DNA of 64,000 nucleotides from Acetobacteraceae bacterium (GTDB taxonomy: Bacteria; Pseudomonadota; Alphaproteobacteria; Acetobacterales; Acetobacteraceae), in contig CBDIBE010000010.1 in NCBI GenBank assembly GCA_965276815.1, positions 623,734 to 687,733 of the forward strand. Direction: 5' to 3'. Below, piece by piece: positions 25,539 to 34,849 of the stretch (its first letter is position 1; the number at the start of each line of letters is the position of its first letter). The notes below the pieces were generated by a model, which did not search any database, had not been told where the DNA came from, and worked only from the letters and a program-made list of their open reading frames with translations. The position numbers and the translations under genes were made by a program.

Positions 25539-26474
25539 TCAAACCACGCTGTCCGGCCGCAGCATGCAGTCGCGCGCGGTCTCCGGCGTCTCTAGCTGCA
25601 CGGTCGCGTGTCCGATGCCGAAGCGCTCCCGCACCTCGTGGGTGATCCGGAGCAGCAAGGCCCCGTCATTGGTCTGATCCTGCCGCACCAGGTGCGCGGT
25701 CAGCGCCGTCTCGGTCGTGCTCATGCCCCAGATATGCAGATCGTGCACTTCGCTGACGCCGGGCAGCGAGCGCAGGTAGGCGTCGACTTTGGCCTGATCG
25801 ATCCCCGGCGGCACCGCGTCAAGGGAGAAGTTCACGGAGTCGCGCAGCAGCGACCAGGTGCCGACCAGGATGACCACGCTGAGGACGAGGCTGACCACCG
25901 GGTCCACCCAAAGCCATCCGGTCCACAGGATCACGAGGCCTGCGACGGCGACGCCCAGCGTGAGCATGGCGTCGGCCGCCATGTGCGTGAAGGCGGCGCG
26001 GATGTTCAGATCGCCCTTCCGGCCAGACATGAACAGCCAGGCGGTAACCCCGTTCACGAGGACGCCCACCAGCGAGACGATGACGATCACCAAGCCGCCG
26101 GTCGGCGCCGGGTCGATCAGGCGCTGGATCGCCTCCCAGGCGATCCCGCCGGTCACGACTAGCAGCACCATCGCGTTCGCCAGCGCCGCCAGGATCGAGG
26201 AGCGGCGCAGGCCGTACGTGTAGGTCCCTGTCGGGCGTTTCTGGCTGAGCCAGGCGGCGAGCCACGCACCGAGCAACCCGGCCACGTCGCCCAGATTGTG
26301 CCCGGCATCCGCCAGCAGCGCCACCGACTGCACTGAAATGCCCCAAAACGCCTCCGCCGCCACGTAGGCGGCGTTCAGCCCGACTCCGATGGCGAAGGCG
26401 CGGCCAAAATCCACCGGCGCATGATGATGCCCGCCGGGTCCATGATCGTGGTGATGCGCGTGATCGTGCGGCAT
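25539..26474 (-). CDS. Cation diffusion facilitator (CzcD-like) with a His-rich N-terminus
   Basis: 311 aa with the N-terminus MPHDHAHHHDHGPGGHHHAP, 6 TM helices and a CDF signature in TM2 (SVALLADAGHNLGD). Confidence 0.85.
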   Translation of the reverse strand: MPHDHAHHHDHGPGGHHHAPVDFGRAFAIGVGLNAAYVAAEAFWGISVQSVALLADAGHNLGDVAGLLGAWLAAWLSQKRPTGTYTYGLRRSSILAALANAMVLLVVTGGIAWEAIQRLIDPAPTGGLVIVIVSLVGVLVNGVTAWLFMSGRKGDLNIRAAFTHMAADAMLTLGVAVAGLVILWTGWLWVDPVVSLVLSVVILVGTWSLLRDSVNFSLDAVPPGIDQAKVDAYLRSLPGVSEVHDLHIWGMSTTETALTAHLVRQDQTNDGALLLRITHEVRERFGIGHATVQLETPETARDCMLRPDSVV

Positions 26475-26509
26475 GCGCCCGTTATAGACGTTGCTCGGGC
26501 GGACCGTAA

Positions 26510-29500
26510 CTACTCGCCGGCTTGGGTTTCGGGTTGGCGCTTATGGAACAGGCGTGCGCTGCGTTGCGACAGGAACTCGAAGGCGATGAACAGGACCGGC
26601 ACGAAAATGATGCCGAGCAGGGTCGCGAACACCATCCCCCCGAACACCGTCGTGCCGATCGAGACCCGCGCGCCAGCGCCGGCCCCGGAAGCCAGCACCA
26701 GCGGCAGCACGCCGAAGATGAAGGCGAGCGCCGTCATCATTACGGCGCGGAACCGGGCTTGCGCGCCGTCCAGCGCCGCCTGGCGCACGCTTTCGCCGCT
26801 TTCGAGCCGCGTCTTGGCGAATTCCACGATCAGGATCGCGTTCTTCGCTGCCAGGCCGACCAGGAGCACCAGCCCGATCTGCCCATAAATGTCCATCGCC
26901 AGTCCGCGCACGAGGAGCGCCACCAGCGCGCCCAGCGCCGCGACCGAGACGGACAGGATCACCGAAACCGGCAGCGAGAAGCTCTCGTATTGGGCGACCA
27001 GGAACAAATAAGCGAAGATGAGCGAGAAGATGATGGCGTATGCGCCGGTGCTGCCCTCGAGCTGCTGCTGGTATGACAGGCTGGTCCAGTCATAGCCATA
27101 GCCCTGCGGCAGGAACTGCGCCGCAAGCTGCTCCATCGCCGCGATCGCCGTGCCGGAGCTCCCGCCCGGCGCGGGTTGCCCGATGATCTCCACGGCCGGA
27201 TAGAGGTTGTAGCGGGTGACCGTATCGGGGCCGAGCGTGGTGGACACGGTGACCAGGCTGCGCATCGGCACCAGCGCGCCATTCGCGCTCTTGACGTAAA
27301 GGTTTTGGATGTCGGCGACCGTCCCGCGGTATTTGGACTGGTCCTGCACGATCACCTGGAACACCTGGCTCTGCAGGTTGAATTGGTTGACGTATTGCGA
27401 GCCGAGATGCGCCTGCATCTCGGCAAAGATCTCCGAAGGCTGCACGCCCATCAGCGCGGCACGCGTGCGGTTCACCGTGACTTCGACCTGCGGCTGGTTG
27501 GCTGTGAAGGTCGTGAAGACGCTGCTCAGCGCGGGGTTCTGGTTGGCGCGATAGATGAAACCCCGCGCGGTCGCGGCCAGGTCGCTGATGCTCTGGCCGG
27601 CGCGTGCCTCGAGCTCGAAATCAAAGCCGCCGGTGCGGCCGACGCCGGGGATCGCCGGTGGGTTGAACGCCGCGATCGAGGCGGAAGGCAGCGCATTCAA
27701 GCCTGGCTGCAGCGCCGCGATAATGCCGGTGACCGATTCCCGGGCAGAGGTTCGGACGCTCCAGTCCTTCAGCACGACGATGAGCGCCCCGGAGTTGGCC
27801 TCGTTGGTGCCCGAGATCAGGCTGAAACCCGACAACTCGATAACGTTCGCGACGCCTTCATCCTTGCCGGCCAAGGTTCCCACTTGGTGCACCACGGACT
27901 GCGTCCGCTCGAGCGACGCGCCGTTCGGCAGCGTGATGTTGACGAAGAAATAGCCCTGGTCCTCCTCGGGGATAAAACCCGAGGGTACGATGCGGAACAC
28001 GAACCCGGCCAGCACGCAGACCGCCGCGAGGCCGATCAGCCCCACGACGAGCCGCCGTCCGAGCCAGGCGACGGCGCCGCCGTAGCGGTCCCGGACCCAA
28101 TCGAAGCCGTTATTGAACCAGCGGAACAAGGTGAAGCGCTGCCGCTTTGGCGGCCGCAGGAACAGCCGGCAGAGCGCCGGGCTGAGGGTGAGCGCGTTGA
28201 CGGCGGAGATCAGCACCGAGGCCGAGATGGTGACCGCGAACTGCCGATAGAGCTGGCCGGTGATTCCCGGCAGAAAGCCCACCGGCGCGAAAACCGCCAC
28301 CAGGACGAGCGTCGTCGCGATCACCGGGCCGGTGATCTGGTCCATCGCCCGCTCGGTCGCCTCGGCGACCGGCATCTTCGGGTTTTCCTCGAGATTGCGG
28401 GTGACGTTCTCGACCACCACGATCGCGTCGTCGACGACCAGCGTGATCGCCAGCACGATCGCGAACAGGTTGACCGTGTTGGCGCTGAACCCGAACGCGT
28501 AAAGGATCGCGAACACGCCGATCAGCGAGACCGGGATCGCGACGACGGGGATCAGGGTGGCCCGCCAGTCCTGCAGGAACAGGAACACGACCGCGACGAC
28601 GATGAGGAACGTCATGGCCAGCGTGATGACGATCTCGTGCACCGTGGCGGTGACGAATTTCGTCGAGTCGTAGACGATCTCGTATTTCAGCCCAGCCGGG
28701 AACGACTTGGCGAGCTGCTCCATCTGGGTGCGGACGGCCTGCGCGACCTGCAGCGCGTTGGAACCAGGAAGCTGGTAGATCGCCAGCGTCGCCGAGGGCT
28801 GGCCGTTGAGCGCGGAATAGGCGGTGTATTGCTGGGCGCCGAGCTGCACGTCGGCCACGTCGCCGATCCGGACCAAGCCGCCATTCGCGCTCGCCTTGAT
28901 GACGATGTCCTTGAACTGCTGCACGGTATTCAGCCGGCCCTGAGCGACGATGGTGAGCTGCTGCTGTTGCTGAGTGGTGATCGGCGGCGCGCCGACTTGC
29001 CCGGCGGCGGCCTGGATGTTCTGTCCGGCGATCGCGGCCACGACGTCCTGCGAGGTGATGCCGAACGCGGTCATCTTCACCGGGTCCATCCATACCCGCA
29101 TGGAGTATTTCAGGTCGGATAGGTCGGTCGCCTGGCCGACGCCGGGAATGCGCGCCAGCGGGTAGGACAGGTTGATGTCGGTGTAGTTCGAGATGAAGAT
29201 CTGGTCGTATTTGTTGTCCGGCGAGTAAAGGTTCACCGCCAGCACGAAGTCGCTGGATTTTTTCGCGACCGTCAGGCCCTCGGCTGAGACCGTCGCCGGC
29301 AATTGGGCCGTCGCCAGCGAGACGCGGTTCTGCACGTCGACCGCGTCGATGTCCTGATTGGAGCCGAGCTCGAAGGTCACGGTCAGCGAGTAGGTCCCGG
29401 CGCTGGAACTCGTGCTGCTGTAATAGAGCGCGTGCTCGACGCCGTTGACCTGCTCCTCGACCGGTTCGGCGATCGTCTGCTGGATGACGTTGGCGTCCGC

Positions 29501-29656
29501 ACCCGGGTAACTCGCCGAGACGGCCACCGTCGGGGGGGCGAGGTCGGGGTATTGGGCAATCGGGATGACCCAGAGCGAGACCAGCCCGGCGATCAGGATC
29601 ACCAGCGCGATGACGATGGCGAATTTGGGCCGCGCGATGAAGAAGCGGGAAATCAA
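26510..29656 (-). CDS. RND efflux permease, HAE1/AcrB-like
   Basis: 1048 aa. The N-terminus MISRFFIARPKFAIVIALVILIAGLVSLWVIPIAQYPDLAPPTVAVSASYPGADA is closer to AcrB than to CzcA. Confidence 0.85.
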   Translation of the reverse strand: MISRFFIARPKFAIVIALVILIAGLVSLWVIPIAQYPDLAPPTVAVSASYPGADANVIQQTIAEPVEEQVNGVEHALYYSSTSSSAGTYSLTVTFELGSNQDIDAVDVQNRVSLATAQLPATVSAEGLTVAKKSSDFVLAVNLYSPDNKYDQIFISNYTDINLSYPLARIPGVGQATDLSDLKYSMRVWMDPVKMTAFGITSQDVVAAIAGQNIQAAAGQVGAPPITTQQQQQLTIVAQGRLNTVQQFKDIVIKASANGGLVRIGDVADVQLGAQQYTAYSALNGQPSATLAIYQLPGSNALQVAQAVRTQMEQLAKSFPAGLKYEIVYDSTKFVTATVHEIVITLAMTFLIVVAVVFLFLQDWRATLIPVVAIPVSLIGVFAILYAFGFSANTVNLFAIVLAITLVVDDAIVVVENVTRNLEENPKMPVAEATERAMDQITGPVIATTLVLVAVFAPVGFLPGITGQLYRQFAVTISASVLISAVNALTLSPALCRLFLRPPKRQRFTLFRWFNNGFDWVRDRYGGAVAWLGRRLVVGLIGLAAVCVLAGFVFRIVPSGFIPEEDQGYFFVNITLPNGASLERTQSVVHQVGTLAGKDEGVANVIELSGFSLISGTNEANSGALIVVLKDWSVRTSARESVTGIIAALQPGLNALPSASIAAFNPPAIPGVGRTGGFDFELEARAGQSISDLAATARGFIYRANQNPALSSVFTTFTANQPQVEVTVNRTRAALMGVQPSEIFAEMQAHLGSQYVNQFNLQSQVFQVIVQDQSKYRGTVADIQNLYVKSANGALVPMRSLVTVSTTLGPDTVTRYNLYPAVEIIGQPAPGGSSGTAIAAMEQLAAQFLPQGYGYDWTSLSYQQQLEGSTGAYAIIFSLIFAYLFLVAQYESFSLPVSVILSVSVAALGALVALLVRGLAMDIYGQIGLVLLVGLAAKNAILIVEFAKTRLESGESVRQAALDGAQARFRAVMMTALAFIFGVLPLVLASGAGAGARVSIGTTVFGGMVFATLLGIIFVPVLFIAFEFLSQRSARLFHKRQPETQAGE

Positions 29657-29803
29657 ATCCTGTTACTCACGCTCAGCCATGCAAGAGTGATCAACGCACC
29701 CGTCATCGCGAGCTGCGGAGCGGCGTGGCGATCCAGCGCGACACGAAACGACGCGGGCATGGATCGCTTCGTCGCTCCGCTCCTCGCAACGACAATCAGG
29801 GTA

Positions 29804-30904
29804 CTAGGTCCCATTGGTGGTGGCCGGCGGCGCGGGCGGGGCGGTGCTGGCGTCCACGGCCTCGCCGGGATGCACCTTCTGGATGCCCTCGGTAATCACC
29901 CGTTCGCCGCCCTTCAGGCCGGATTGCACGATGTAGTTCTGCCCGATCTGCCGGCCTAGCTTGATCCGTTGCTCCTGAACCTTGTTGTCCTGGCCGACGA
30001 TCAGCACGAACGGCCCGTTCGCGTCATTCTGCACCGCCTGGACCGCGACGACCGGCGCGTTCTGTGGCTTCGCCGGCGCGACCTCGACGCTGACGAAGGA
30101 GCCCGGGATCAATGTGCCGTCAGAGTTAGCGAAGCGGCCCCAGACGGTGAGCGTTCCGGTCGACGCATCGACCTGGTTGTTCAGGAACTCGATCGTGCCG
30201 GCTTCCTTGTAGATCGAGCCGTTGGAAAGCTGCAGGTGCAGCGCGACCGTGGCGGCGAGCTCTTGGGCGGTCTTGCCGGTTTGCTGCTCGATGGAGAGCA
30301 TCTCGGCGTCGGTGGGGGCGAAATAGACGCGGATCGGGTCGATCTGCACGATGGTGGCGAGCGGGCCCGACGATGAGTCGACGAGGTTGCCCGCGGTGAT
30401 GTTGGCGCGGCCGATCCGCCCGGTGATCGGCGCGGCAACCGTGGTGTAACTCAGGTTTATGGCGGCCGCCTCCAGCGCGCCGCGCGCCGTGTCGACCTGC
30501 CCCGATGCCTGGTCGCGCGCCGCCGTGTCTTGCTGGATCTGCTGCTGGCTGATCGCCAGATTGCCCGCCTGGGTGTCGCGCTGCAGGTTCATCTGCGTGT
30601 TCTGCAGCGTGGCTTGGGCCTGCGTGAGCGAGCCTTGCGCCTGCAGCACCGCGGCCTGGTAAGGTCCTTTCTGCAGCTCGAAGAGCAGTTGCCCCGCCTT
30701 GACCGTGCTGCCCTCGGTAAAGTCCACCTTGTCGATGAAAGCCTGCACGCGCGCGACCACGTTGACCATTTGGATCGCTTGTACCTGGCCGACAAAAGTC
30801 TGCACCGGTGCCACGTTCTGGACTTGCACGGGCGCGACGACGACGGCGGGGGCGGCACCGGCCAGAAGGACCAACGGCAGGATCGCGACTCTCGGCTGCT
30901 TCAT
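29804..30904 (-). CDS. RND periplasmic adaptor (membrane fusion protein, AcrA-like)
   Basis: 366 aa with a lipoprotein-like N-terminus, coiled-coil hairpin and beta-barrel regions. It lies upstream of the RND gene. No outer-membrane factor gene is in the window. Confidence 0.8.
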   Translation of the reverse strand: MKQPRVAILPLVLLAGAAPAVVVAPVQVQNVAPVQTFVGQVQAIQMVNVVARVQAFIDKVDFTEGSTVKAGQLLFELQKGPYQAAVLQAQGSLTQAQATLQNTQMNLQRDTQAGNLAISQQQIQQDTAARDQASGQVDTARGALEAAAINLSYTTVAAPITGRIGRANITAGNLVDSSSGPLATIVQIDPIRVYFAPTDAEMLSIEQQTGKTAQELAATVALHLQLSNGSIYKEAGTIEFLNNQVDASTGTLTVWGRFANSDGTLIPGSFVSVEVAPAKPQNAPVVAVQAVQNDANGPFVLIVGQDNKVQEQRIKLGRQIGQNYIVQSGLKGGERVITEGIQKVHPGEAVDASTAPPAPPATTNGT

Positions 30905-31051
30905 TGGGTTCCCTGCAACGCGTTTCCGGTTTGCACAGGGGGCAAGCTAGGCCGTTATCCGACCGGTCAGCAATATTCACTTCGCGCCCAGCCCGGTTCC
31001 GGCTACATCGCGAGCACGGCGCTGGCCGCCCCCGTTCGAGTGTGAGGCGTT

Positions 31052-32950
31052 TTGGACACACTGCAGCAATTCGCCGGGCCAACGACCCCGATTGGCGCCG
31101 GCGTCGACCTCCGGCGTGGCATCCGGCTGCTCCGGCTGCTGGCATTCCTGTTCGGCGGCGGGGCGCTTGCACTGGTTGTGCTGCTTGCCTTGTTCCCGAC
31201 TTTGGACATGGCGGTCGAGGCGCGGTCGAGCGGGCTGGCCGGCATTACGCTCGCCGGACTTCTGCTGGCGCTCTCGGGCATAATGGCGGCGCTGCCGATC
31301 GCGACGTGCCGCCTGGCCTGCGCGGAAGAGCGCCGGCGGCAGCGTCTGCCGCGTCTGCTCCGCTTCCGCCCGGTCGACCCGGCGCGGCGGCTCTCCTGGA
31401 TGGCACGGCGTCCGCAGGGCATCATCATCCCGGTGATCTGCGTGGGCGCCGGCATTGCGGTCTGGCTGCTGCGTCCGCAGATGCCCGGCGCTTTGGCGCC
31501 GCAAGCGATGATCCTCGGCGCCGGGGCCATCGTGCTCGGCTTCCCGCTCCTGGTCGCGCAGAAGCTGATGGCCGCCGTTCCGCGTCACGAATTGGTGGAG
31601 GCCGACGCGCTTTCGGCCCTGCTGCGAGTGCCGGTGATCATCGTGCCGCTGGCCGGCGTGGTGGACATCGGGGCCGCGGAGGGGTTCGGCTACGCCCGTC
31701 CGGTCATGGCCGTGCTCGCCGTGTTTATCGGCGTTGTCGCGGCCGAGTTGGGCTTGCGCGCACTCGGCAATTGGTTCCTGCCGCCGCCAACGCCCGCCGA
31801 GGCGAGGGCTTCCGTCACCAGCCTGGCGGCGCGTCTGCTGCATGACGGGTCGGTCGGCGAGGGCCTGGCCGCACCGATCCGGGCGCAGCTCGGCATCGAC
31901 TTCTCGCGGAGCTGGGCGCTGCGCTACGCGCGTTCGGCCGCGCTGCCGGTCGGGCTGGGGTTGGCGCTGCTCGCCTGGGGTCTGACCGGAGCGGCGCTGA
32001 TCCCGCTGGACCAGCGCGGCGTGTACGAGCGGTTCGGCAAGCCGGTCGCGGTCTGGCAGCCCGGCGCGCATCTTGGCCTGCCCTGGCCGCTCGGCCGGGT
32101 CCGTATGGTCGAGCTTGGGGTCGTGCACACAATGACCCTTGGGGGCACCGAGCCGCCGGACACCGTGTCGCGCGCCGAGGATCCGCCGCCGGACTCGGCG
32201 AACCGGCTTTGGGACAAGGTACATCCGGCCGAGACTTCCTACATCATCGCGTCGGTCGAGACCTCGGGCGCGCAAAGCTTTCAGAGTGTCGATGCCGACC
32301 TCAAGGTGCTGTATCGCACGGGCCTGGACGACGCATCGGCGCTGCGGGCCGCTTATGGGGTGACATCGGCGGACCAGCTCGTGCGCAGCGAGACGGGGCG
32401 GCTGCTCGCCCGGGTGTTCGCCGGGCGGCTGTTGAATGACGTGATCGGCACCGACCGCGAGACGCTGGCCGAAAATTTGCGCCGGGACCTGCAGGCCGAG
32501 CTGGACCGGCGCCACAGCGGCATCGAGGTCATGCAGGTGGTGATCGAGGCGATCCATCCGCCGCTCGCCGCCGCGCAGGCCTATCACAACGTGCAGGCGG
32601 CCGAGATCGTGGCGAACACGGCCATTTCGACGGAACGCGGGCGCGCCGTGGCCAGCGCGGCGATGGCGCGCCAGACGGCGACCGGGATTACCGACGCGGC
32701 GAAGGGCGCGGCTTCGTCCACGGTTGCCGACGCGAACGTCCTGCTGCGCAACTTCACCGCTGACCAGCAGGCCGCAGCGGTGGGCGGCGAGGCGTTCCTG
32801 CTGGAGCGCTATTTTGCCAATTTGAGCATGGCGCTGCTGAAATCGCCGCTGGTCATCGTCGACCATCGCCTGCAGGGTCCGACGGCGCCGGTGATCGACC
32901 TGCGCTCGTTCGGCGCGCCGGGCGTTACCCGGTCAGGCGACGAGGACTAG
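31052..32950 (+). CDS. Polytopic membrane domain fused to a C-terminal SPFH/band-7 (HflK-like) domain
   Basis: 632 aa. The first ~300 aa have about 8 predicted TM helices. The remainder is an SPFH domain (QRGVYERFGKPVAVWQPGAHLGLPWPLGRVRMVEL) with a coiled-coil tail. Confidence 0.7.
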   Translation: MDTLQQFAGPTTPIGAGVDLRRGIRLLRLLAFLFGGGALALVVLLALFPTLDMAVEARSSGLAGITLAGLLLALSGIMAALPIATCRLACAEERRRQRLPRLLRFRPVDPARRLSWMARRPQGIIIPVICVGAGIAVWLLRPQMPGALAPQAMILGAGAIVLGFPLLVAQKLMAAVPRHELVEADALSALLRVPVIIVPLAGVVDIGAAEGFGYARPVMAVLAVFIGVVAAELGLRALGNWFLPPPTPAEARASVTSLAARLLHDGSVGEGLAAPIRAQLGIDFSRSWALRYARSAALPVGLGLALLAWGLTGAALIPLDQRGVYERFGKPVAVWQPGAHLGLPWPLGRVRMVELGVVHTMTLGGTEPPDTVSRAEDPPPDSANRLWDKVHPAETSYIIASVETSGAQSFQSVDADLKVLYRTGLDDASALRAAYGVTSADQLVRSETGRLLARVFAGRLLNDVIGTDRETLAENLRRDLQAELDRRHSGIEVMQVVIEAIHPPLAAAQAYHNVQAAEIVANTAISTERGRAVASAAMARQTATGITDAAKGAASSTVADANVLLRNFTADQQAAAVGGEAFLLERYFANLSMALLKSPLVIVDHRLQGPTAPVIDLRSFGAPGVTRSGDED

Positions 32951-33039
32951 ACCTTTATCGGCCTGACTGTGGTCGGGCCGATAAAGGTCTAGCTTTATTT
33001 GAGACAGCGATTCACGTCCTGACCGATTCCGGTCAGGAC
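32948..33039. repeat. REP-like palindromic element (copy A) plus a second perfect hairpin; acts as a bidirectional terminator between convergent genes
   Basis: Copy A at 32948-32991 is CTAGACCTTTATCGGCC-N12-GGCCGATAAAGGTCTAG, a 16-bp perfect inverted repeat that begins at the TAG stop of the upstream gene. The second hairpin at 33016-33039 is GTCCTGACCG-attc-CGGTCAGGAC. Confidence 0.7.
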
Positions 33040-33048
33040 GATCGCGGT

Positions 33049-34200
33049 CTAAGTTCCGCCGCTCCGGATCGCCACGGCGAAGCTCTCGATCTCGGCCGGG
33101 CTGAAGCGCAGCTCCCGCAAGATGGTGTCGGCGTCTGCGCCGGGTTCGGGGGCGAGGCGGTCGAGGCGGCCGCATGCTTGACCGTCGAGCCGGGCCGGGA
33201 AGGGCAGATGCCGGACGCCGTCGATCTCGCACACCAGGCCGCGCGCCTGCACATGCTCGGTGCGCGAGGCGTCGTGCGGCGTGAGGACGGTCTGGAACGG
33301 CACGTCGTGGCCGGCGAAGCGGCGGCGCCATTCTGGCTCCGTGCAGCGCGCCATGACGGCGGTGATCAACGCGTGCACCTCGTCGCCATGGGTCCGGCGG
33401 TCCGGCTCTTCGGCCAAGCGCGGGTCGGCGAGGCGCGGTTCGAGGTCCCGCGCGGCCGAGACGAACGCCTGCCAGAAACGGTCCTCGACGATGCCGAGCG
33501 CGATGCGCTTTCCATCGGCGGTCGCAAACACATCGTTCGTGGGATGCAGGTGCAGCCGGTCCGGTGCGTCCTCGTCGAGGCCGGTCCGCACCGTCGTATA
33601 GGACAGAGACGCCTCGAACAGGCTGAGGTCCAGCGTGGCGCCCTCGCCGGTCGTGCGCGCTCGCAGCACGGCGGCCAGGACGGCGATCGCGAGGTAGGAG
33701 GCGCCAGCCAGGTCGGCGACGGGGAGGCCGGAGCGGTGCGGCTCGGCGTCGGCCCAGTGGCCTTTCAGGCTGAGCGCACCGGCGGCGGCGAGGTAGTTGA
33801 AATCGTGCCCGGGCTCGTCCCGCCAAGGCCCGGTCTGGCCGTAGCCGGAGAGCGAGGCGTAGACCAGGCCGGGCTTGATCGCGCGCAGGGCCGCGGCGCC
33901 GATGCCGAGCCGGTCGGCGACGCCGGGGCGGAAACCTTCGACGGCGATATCGGCCCATTCGGCGAGTCGGGCGACGAGGGGGCGGGCAGCCGGGTTCTTC
34001 AGGTCGATGCAGAGGCTGCGCTTGTTGCGGTTGGCGACCGCGAACATCTCCGTCGGGAAGCGCCGGCCGAATTCGCCGCCCGGTGGCTCGACCTTGATCA
34101 CGTCGGCGCCGAGATCGGCCAGGATCACCGTGCCGAATGGGCCGGGCAGCAGGGCGGTGAAGTCGAGCACCCGCAGCCCGGTCAGCAGGCCTGCGGTCAT
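33049..34200 (-). CDS. CoA-transferase family III (CaiB/BaiF/Frc-like)
   Basis: 383 aa. The N-terminus is LRVLDFTALLPGPFGTVILADLGADVIKVEPPGG and the catalytic-Asp region is AVANRNKRSLCIDLK. Confidence 0.85.
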   Translation of the reverse strand: MTAGLLTGLRVLDFTALLPGPFGTVILADLGADVIKVEPPGGEFGRRFPTEMFAVANRNKRSLCIDLKNPAARPLVARLAEWADIAVEGFRPGVADRLGIGAAALRAIKPGLVYASLSGYGQTGPWRDEPGHDFNYLAAAGALSLKGHWADAEPHRSGLPVADLAGASYLAIAVLAAVLRARTTGEGATLDLSLFEASLSYTTVRTGLDEDAPDRLHLHPTNDVFATADGKRIALGIVEDRFWQAFVSAARDLEPRLADPRLAEEPDRRTHGDEVHALITAVMARCTEPEWRRRFAGHDVPFQTVLTPHDASRTEHVQARGLVCEIDGVRHLPFPARLDGQACGRLDRLAPEPGADADTILRELRFSPAEIESFAVAIRSGGT

Positions 34201-34849
34201 GACGGGCCCCGCAGCCGGATGAGCGCGTCTGCCGCGACTGCGCCGAGTCCCGCGGGGCGGACGATGACCGGGTTCATCTCGATCTCTTCGATGGTGTCCG
34301 CATTGTCGGCGAAAAATTGCGAGAGACGCGCGACCAACTCGGCCAGCGCGTTCAGATCGCCTGGCGGCTTGCCCCGGATGCCCTCCAGCACGCGGGCGCC
34401 GCGCTGGGTGGTGATCGCCCGCCGCGCGGTCGCGGCGTCGGTGGGCGCCAGGCGGACTTTGGACTCATCCAGCAGCTCGACGAGCACGCCGCCGGAACCG
34501 ACCACGACGACCGGCCCGAAGGTCGGGTCGTGCCGGCAGCCGACGATCCATTCCGCGACCCCGTCGGTCACCATTTCCTCGATCAGCCGGACGCCATCGG
34601 GGACGCGCGTCGCGAGTTCCGCGGCGACCGCCGGCGCTTTGGCCGCGGGGATGCCGGTCCGTACGAGGCCATGCTCGGTCTTGTGGGGATAGCGATCGGA
34701 GGCGATCTTGACCGCGCAGATACCGTCCGCCGGGTCGCGGCGGGGAATGGTGATGCCGGCTTGGGCCAGCAGCGCTTTGGTGTCCGCCTCGTGCACGATG
34801 GTGCGGCCGGCGGCGATCCAGGTGCTCAGGATTTCCATCAAAGCAGCCC
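34197..34849 (-). CDS. Acyl-CoA synthetase (NDP-forming), ATP-grasp beta-domain subunit
   Basis: About 216 aa (MEILSTWIAAGRTIVHEADTKALLAQAGITIPRR...). Its ATG overlaps the alpha-subunit stop (TGATG). It is the real C-terminal part of the track ORF 34197..35945, whose upstream part is out of frame. Confidence 0.7.

Noticed and set aside
25536-25556. Short palindrome CAGGCCAGCCTGGCCTG overlapping the copZ stop, as a terminator
   Set aside because: The stem is short with no U-tract, and the convergent CDF gene ends 4 nt later. It cannot be called a terminator from sequence alone.
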